A stretch of 64,000 nt of DNA from Heptranchias perlo. Taxonomy: Eukaryota. The position numbers and the translations under genes were made by a program. Shown here piece after piece: positions 60,055-64,000 of the stretch. Positions within the stretch are counted from its first letter, which is position 1; each line of letters begins with the position of its first letter. The notes beneath the pieces are model-generated. The model saw only the letters and a program-made list of their open reading frames with translations. It searched no databases and was not told the DNA's origin. The stretch is from positions 18,414,001 to 18,478,000 of the forward strand of contig NC_090346.1 in the NCBI RefSeq assembly GCF_035084215.1, given 5' to 3'.

Positions 60055-60117
60055 ATGGCTGCCACTGGAGTCTTGCCCTTCATTAGAGGTGTGGACTTAA
60101 GTGGAAATGATTTCAAA
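60055..60117 (+). CDS. FLII: FLII (flightless-I) exon 1: [21 protein letters not shown]
   Basis: aacATGG Kozak context and |gtaagt donor. The peptide matches the human N-terminus [21 protein letters not shown]; conserved head-to-head position with MIEF2. Confidence 0.95.
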
Positions 60118-61689
60118 GTAAGTTAGTTACATCATTGTAAGTAAAAATGATCGGAGTAGAAATGAACTATAACCAGATCAGTAGTTGAATCTCGGGGTTT
60201 TATAGTTCACTTACTCTAGTCAATGAGTGAGGCGAGCAGCCTGGGCCCTGGGCTGTTTATGGGAGAGATTGTGCAGTTCAGTAATTTGGAATTTATATTC
60301 ATCTGAAGCATTTATATATATTCCCTGTATTTTTGTACAGTAACTGTTGTAATTTATGTTATTTATTCCAGATTTAATGTTAAATCAATGTTTTATGAAT
60401 TCTCTTTCCTCGCAAGCTTATTAAACTATCTTATTCAATTGATTATTATCAAGATAGTAATACTTGCAATCACAAAAGTTCGCATCTTTATATTTCTTCA
60501 GAGTTATTAGCCATAGTTTAATTCTTGACAGCTGTTAATTTTTTACACCTTTTTAAAAATTTGCTTGTGAGATAATGGTAATGAATAGAGGAAGTTCTAG
60601 TCGTACGAAGTTGTTTCTCCCTCAATGAACATCACTAAAAAGCAGATGATCTGGCCATTTAGCTCATGGCTATTTGTGGGACCTTGCTATATTCAAATTG
60701 GCTGCTGTGCTTCCTACATTACAACAGTGACTTGAATATCCTGTTGATTTATCATATTTTTGTGTAAAGAGGGAGTAACTATGAGCTCATTGGGTAGTGG
60801 TATTGTGGGTGTACTGAGTTTGTGGAGGTTGGGAGAGACCAGTTAACATGCACACTTTTGCGATGACGTGATGGTGAAAGAATTTAAGATTAAATTTGTA
60901 CTGATACTGATGCTCTCACAATGTTAGGTTTTTAACCCTAAGACTGAGATGGTTTGGTTTGTTTGCTGCTCATATTCTGTGATGTGGAAAAACACACTAG
61001 TATTATAAAAGTAAAATTATTCAGATTGTAATGTTTAATCTTAAACATCCAAATTAAATGCTGAAAACACAATTCTGAACACCTTGCCTGTACATGTCTG
61101 TCACTTTTTTTCTGCAATCTATTCTGTTCCATCTTCATTATTTTTAACTTTTTAATGTTACTCACTCTTGCTAATGCTCTACTCTATACTTTCTAACCTT
61201 TTTCTTTTGATATTTTCTTCAGTATAAAAGTTTCACTTTAATTACTTTGCCTTCTGGCTCTCCCTACTTTAGACGTAGAAGCAAGTTCTTTTGGGAGGGG
61301 GGGGGGCAATTTTTAAGCAATCAAGGCCCAGATTTTGACAGTTGATGCTTTTTGCATAAAAATGTGTTCAATCCCTAAAGACTTACTTGCGGACCCCAGA
61401 GCCCACCAACGGCTAGATAGGTAAGCTCATTTGTAGCACTTAGAAGGTTAAAGACAATGTACAAAATCACAATTGTTTGTAACAAAACAGTGCTGACAAT
61501 GAAACTCCGATTTTCTGTAATGTAGTGTGTTACTATTGCCTAGTGAATGTGTTTCATCAACATGCAAATATAATAGTGCAGCATTTATCTTCTGGGGATG
61601 CTCTTCAATAATTGTAAAAACTAGGATAGTAAAATAATATTTTCAGTGATCCAATATTTAACCATTGTTTCCTTCATTATAACTCTTCC

Positions 61690-62178
61690 TTGTTCAATCC
61701 TGGGCACCACACTTTAGGAGGAAGGATGTCAAGGCCTCAGAGAGGGTGCAGAAGAAATTCACGAGAATGGTATCGTGGATGAGGGATTTCAGTTATGTGG
61801 AGAGACTGGAGATGCTGGGGTTGTTCTCCTTAGAACAGAGAAGGCTAAAGGGAGATTTGATAAAGGTGTTCAAAATCATGAACGGTTTTGATAGAGTAAA
61901 TAAGGAGAAACTGTTTCCAGCGGCAGAAGGGTCAGAAGACACAGATTTAAGGTGATCGGCAAAAGAACCAGAGGCGACATGAGGAAAAAATTTTTTTTAC
62001 ACAGTGCGTTTTAATGCTCTAGAATGCATTACCTGAAAGGGTGGTGGAAGTAGAGTCAATGGTAACTTTCAAGAGAGAATTGGATAAATATTTGAAGGGA
62101 AAAAAATTACAGGGCCATGGGGAAAGGGACTAATTGGATAACTCTTTCAAACAGGCACGATGGCTATGATGTTATGAA
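61690..62178 (+). mobile_element. CR1 3' fragment in FLII intron 1
   Basis: QKKFTRM..MRDFSYVERL..LGLFSLEQRRLKGDLIKVFKI. Confidence 0.85.
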
Positions 62179-62300
62179 CTACTTCTTTGGTAATTTTTTA
62201 AAAAAAGTTTATTTTAAAACACATAGCATAGTTCTTTTGGACACGGTCTTTGAGATTTTTGACAGTAATAAGAACTAAGTGTAGTCTTATCGTTTAGCTT

Positions 62301-64000
62301 AGAATCATAGAAAATTTACGGCACAGAAGGAGGCCATTCGGCCCATCATATCCGCACCGGCCGACAATGAGCCACCCAGTCTAATCCCACTTTCCAGCAC
62401 TTGGTCCGCAGCCATGTAGGTCACAGCACTTCAGGTACACATTCAAGTACTTTTTAAATGAGTTGAGGGTTTCTGCCTCTACCACCCTTTCAGGCAGTGA
62501 ATTCCAGACCCCCACCACCCTCTAGGTGAAAAATGTTTTCCTGAGCTCCCCTCTAATTCTTCTACCAATCACTTTAAATCTATCCCCCTGGTTATTGACT
62601 TCTCTGCTAAGGGAAATAGGTCGTTCCTATGCATGCCATCTAGGCCCTTCATAATTTTGTATACCTCAACTAAATCATCCCTCAGTCTCCTCTGTTCCAA
62701 AGAGAACAACCCCAGCCTATCCAATCTTTCCTCATAGCTAAAATTCTCCAGTCTTGGTAACACCCTTGTAAATTTCCGCTGTATCCCCTCTAGTAATTTT
62801 TTACCCAGAGGGTGGTGGGGGTCTGGAATTCACTGCCTGAAAGGCAGTACCTGGATGTGCACCTGAAGTGCTGTGACTTACAAGGCTGCGGACCAAGTGC
62901 TGGAAAGTGAGATTAGGCTGGGTGGCTCATTGTCTCCAGTACATCCTTCCTGTAATGTGGTGACCAGAACTGTACACAGTACTCAAGCTGTGGCCTAACC
63001 AGTGTTTTATACAGTTCCAGGATAACCTCCCTGCTCTTATATTCTGTGCCATGGCTAATAAAGGAAAAGATTCCATATGCCTCCTTGAGCACCTTATCTA
63101 CCTGTCCTGCTACCTTCAGGGATCTGTGGACATGCACTCCAAGGTCCCTCACTTCCTCTACACCTTTCAGTATCCTCCCATTTATTGTGTACTCCCTTGC
63201 CTTATTTGCCCTTCCCAAATGCATTACCTCACACTTCTCCGGATTGAATTCCATTTGCCACTTTTCTGCACACCTGACTGGTCCATTGATATCTTACTGT
63301 AATCTACAGCTTTCCTCCACTCTATCAACCGCATGGGCAATTTTTGTACCATCTGCAAACTTCTTGATCATGCCCCCTACATTTAAGTCTAAATCATTAA
63401 TATATATCACAAAAAGCAAAGGACCTAGTACTGAGCCCTGCGGAACCCCACTGGAAACAGCCTTCCGGCCACAAAAACACCCATCGACCATTACCCTTTG
63501 TTTCCTGCCACTGTCTCAATTTTGGATCCAACATGCCAGTCTCCCTTGGATTCCATGGGCTTGTACTTTTTTAATTGGTCTGCTATGTGGCACCTTGTCA
63601 AAATTCTTGCTAAAATCCATGTAGACTACATCAAATGCACTACCCTCATCGACCCTCCTTGTTACCACCTCAAAAAATTCAATCAAATTAGTCAGACGTG
63701 ACCTTCCCTTAACAAATCCATGCTGACTGTCCTTGATTGCTTCATGCCTTTCTAAGTGAAGGTTTATCCTGTCCCTCAGAATTGATTTCAATAATTTGCC
63801 CACCACCGAGATTAGACTGACTGGCCTGTAATTACTTGGTCTATCCCTCTCTCCCTTTTTAAACAACCGCACAACGTTAGCAGTCCTCCAATCCTCCGGC
63901 ACCACGCATGTATCCAGTGAGGATTGGAAAATGATGGTCAGAGCCTCAGCTATTTCCTCCCTTGCTTCTTTTAACAGCCTGGGATACATTTCATCCGGCC
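62301..64000 (-). mobile_element. CR1 LINE (RT to 3' end, runs off the window) with an internal inverted fragment at ~62795-62934
   Basis: [74 protein letters not shown]. Confidence 0.92.

Noticed and set aside
63046-63624. 192-aa + strand ORF and similar antisense ORFs over LINEs
   Set aside because: Antisense shadows of CR1 or Penelope coding sequence.

Overview
Vertebrate genomic DNA, most likely a shark or other cartilaginous fish, judging by the CR1/L2 LINEs, Deu-domain SINEs and Penelope-like elements. The left contig (1-34254) holds five internal coding exons of UNKL (unkempt-like CCCH RNA-binding protein, minus strand), with a 22.5-kb repeat-rich intron. A 200-N scaffold gap is followed by a ~7-kb, almost A-free, CpG-rich satellite, which produces the giant spurious ORFs in the track. 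The right contig holds the last three exons of TOP3A (+), a complete MIEF2/MiD49 gene (-, 454 aa when spliced) and exon 1 of FLII (+); FLII and MIEF2 are head-to-head, as in human. The main observations are: (1) three fold-back Penelope-like insertions (2.5 kb, 219 bp, 175 bp) with a shared end, a 38-nt tail, target-site duplications and minimal hammerhead ribozyme motifs; (2) two candidate unannotated UNKL exons, one frame-preserving and one stop-containing; (3) a satellite whose unit changes stepwise along its length; (4) a gap that must hide the 5' ends of both UNKL and TOP3A, or be a mis-join. Gene calls rest on manual translation and recalled homology, and repeat boundaries are approximate.
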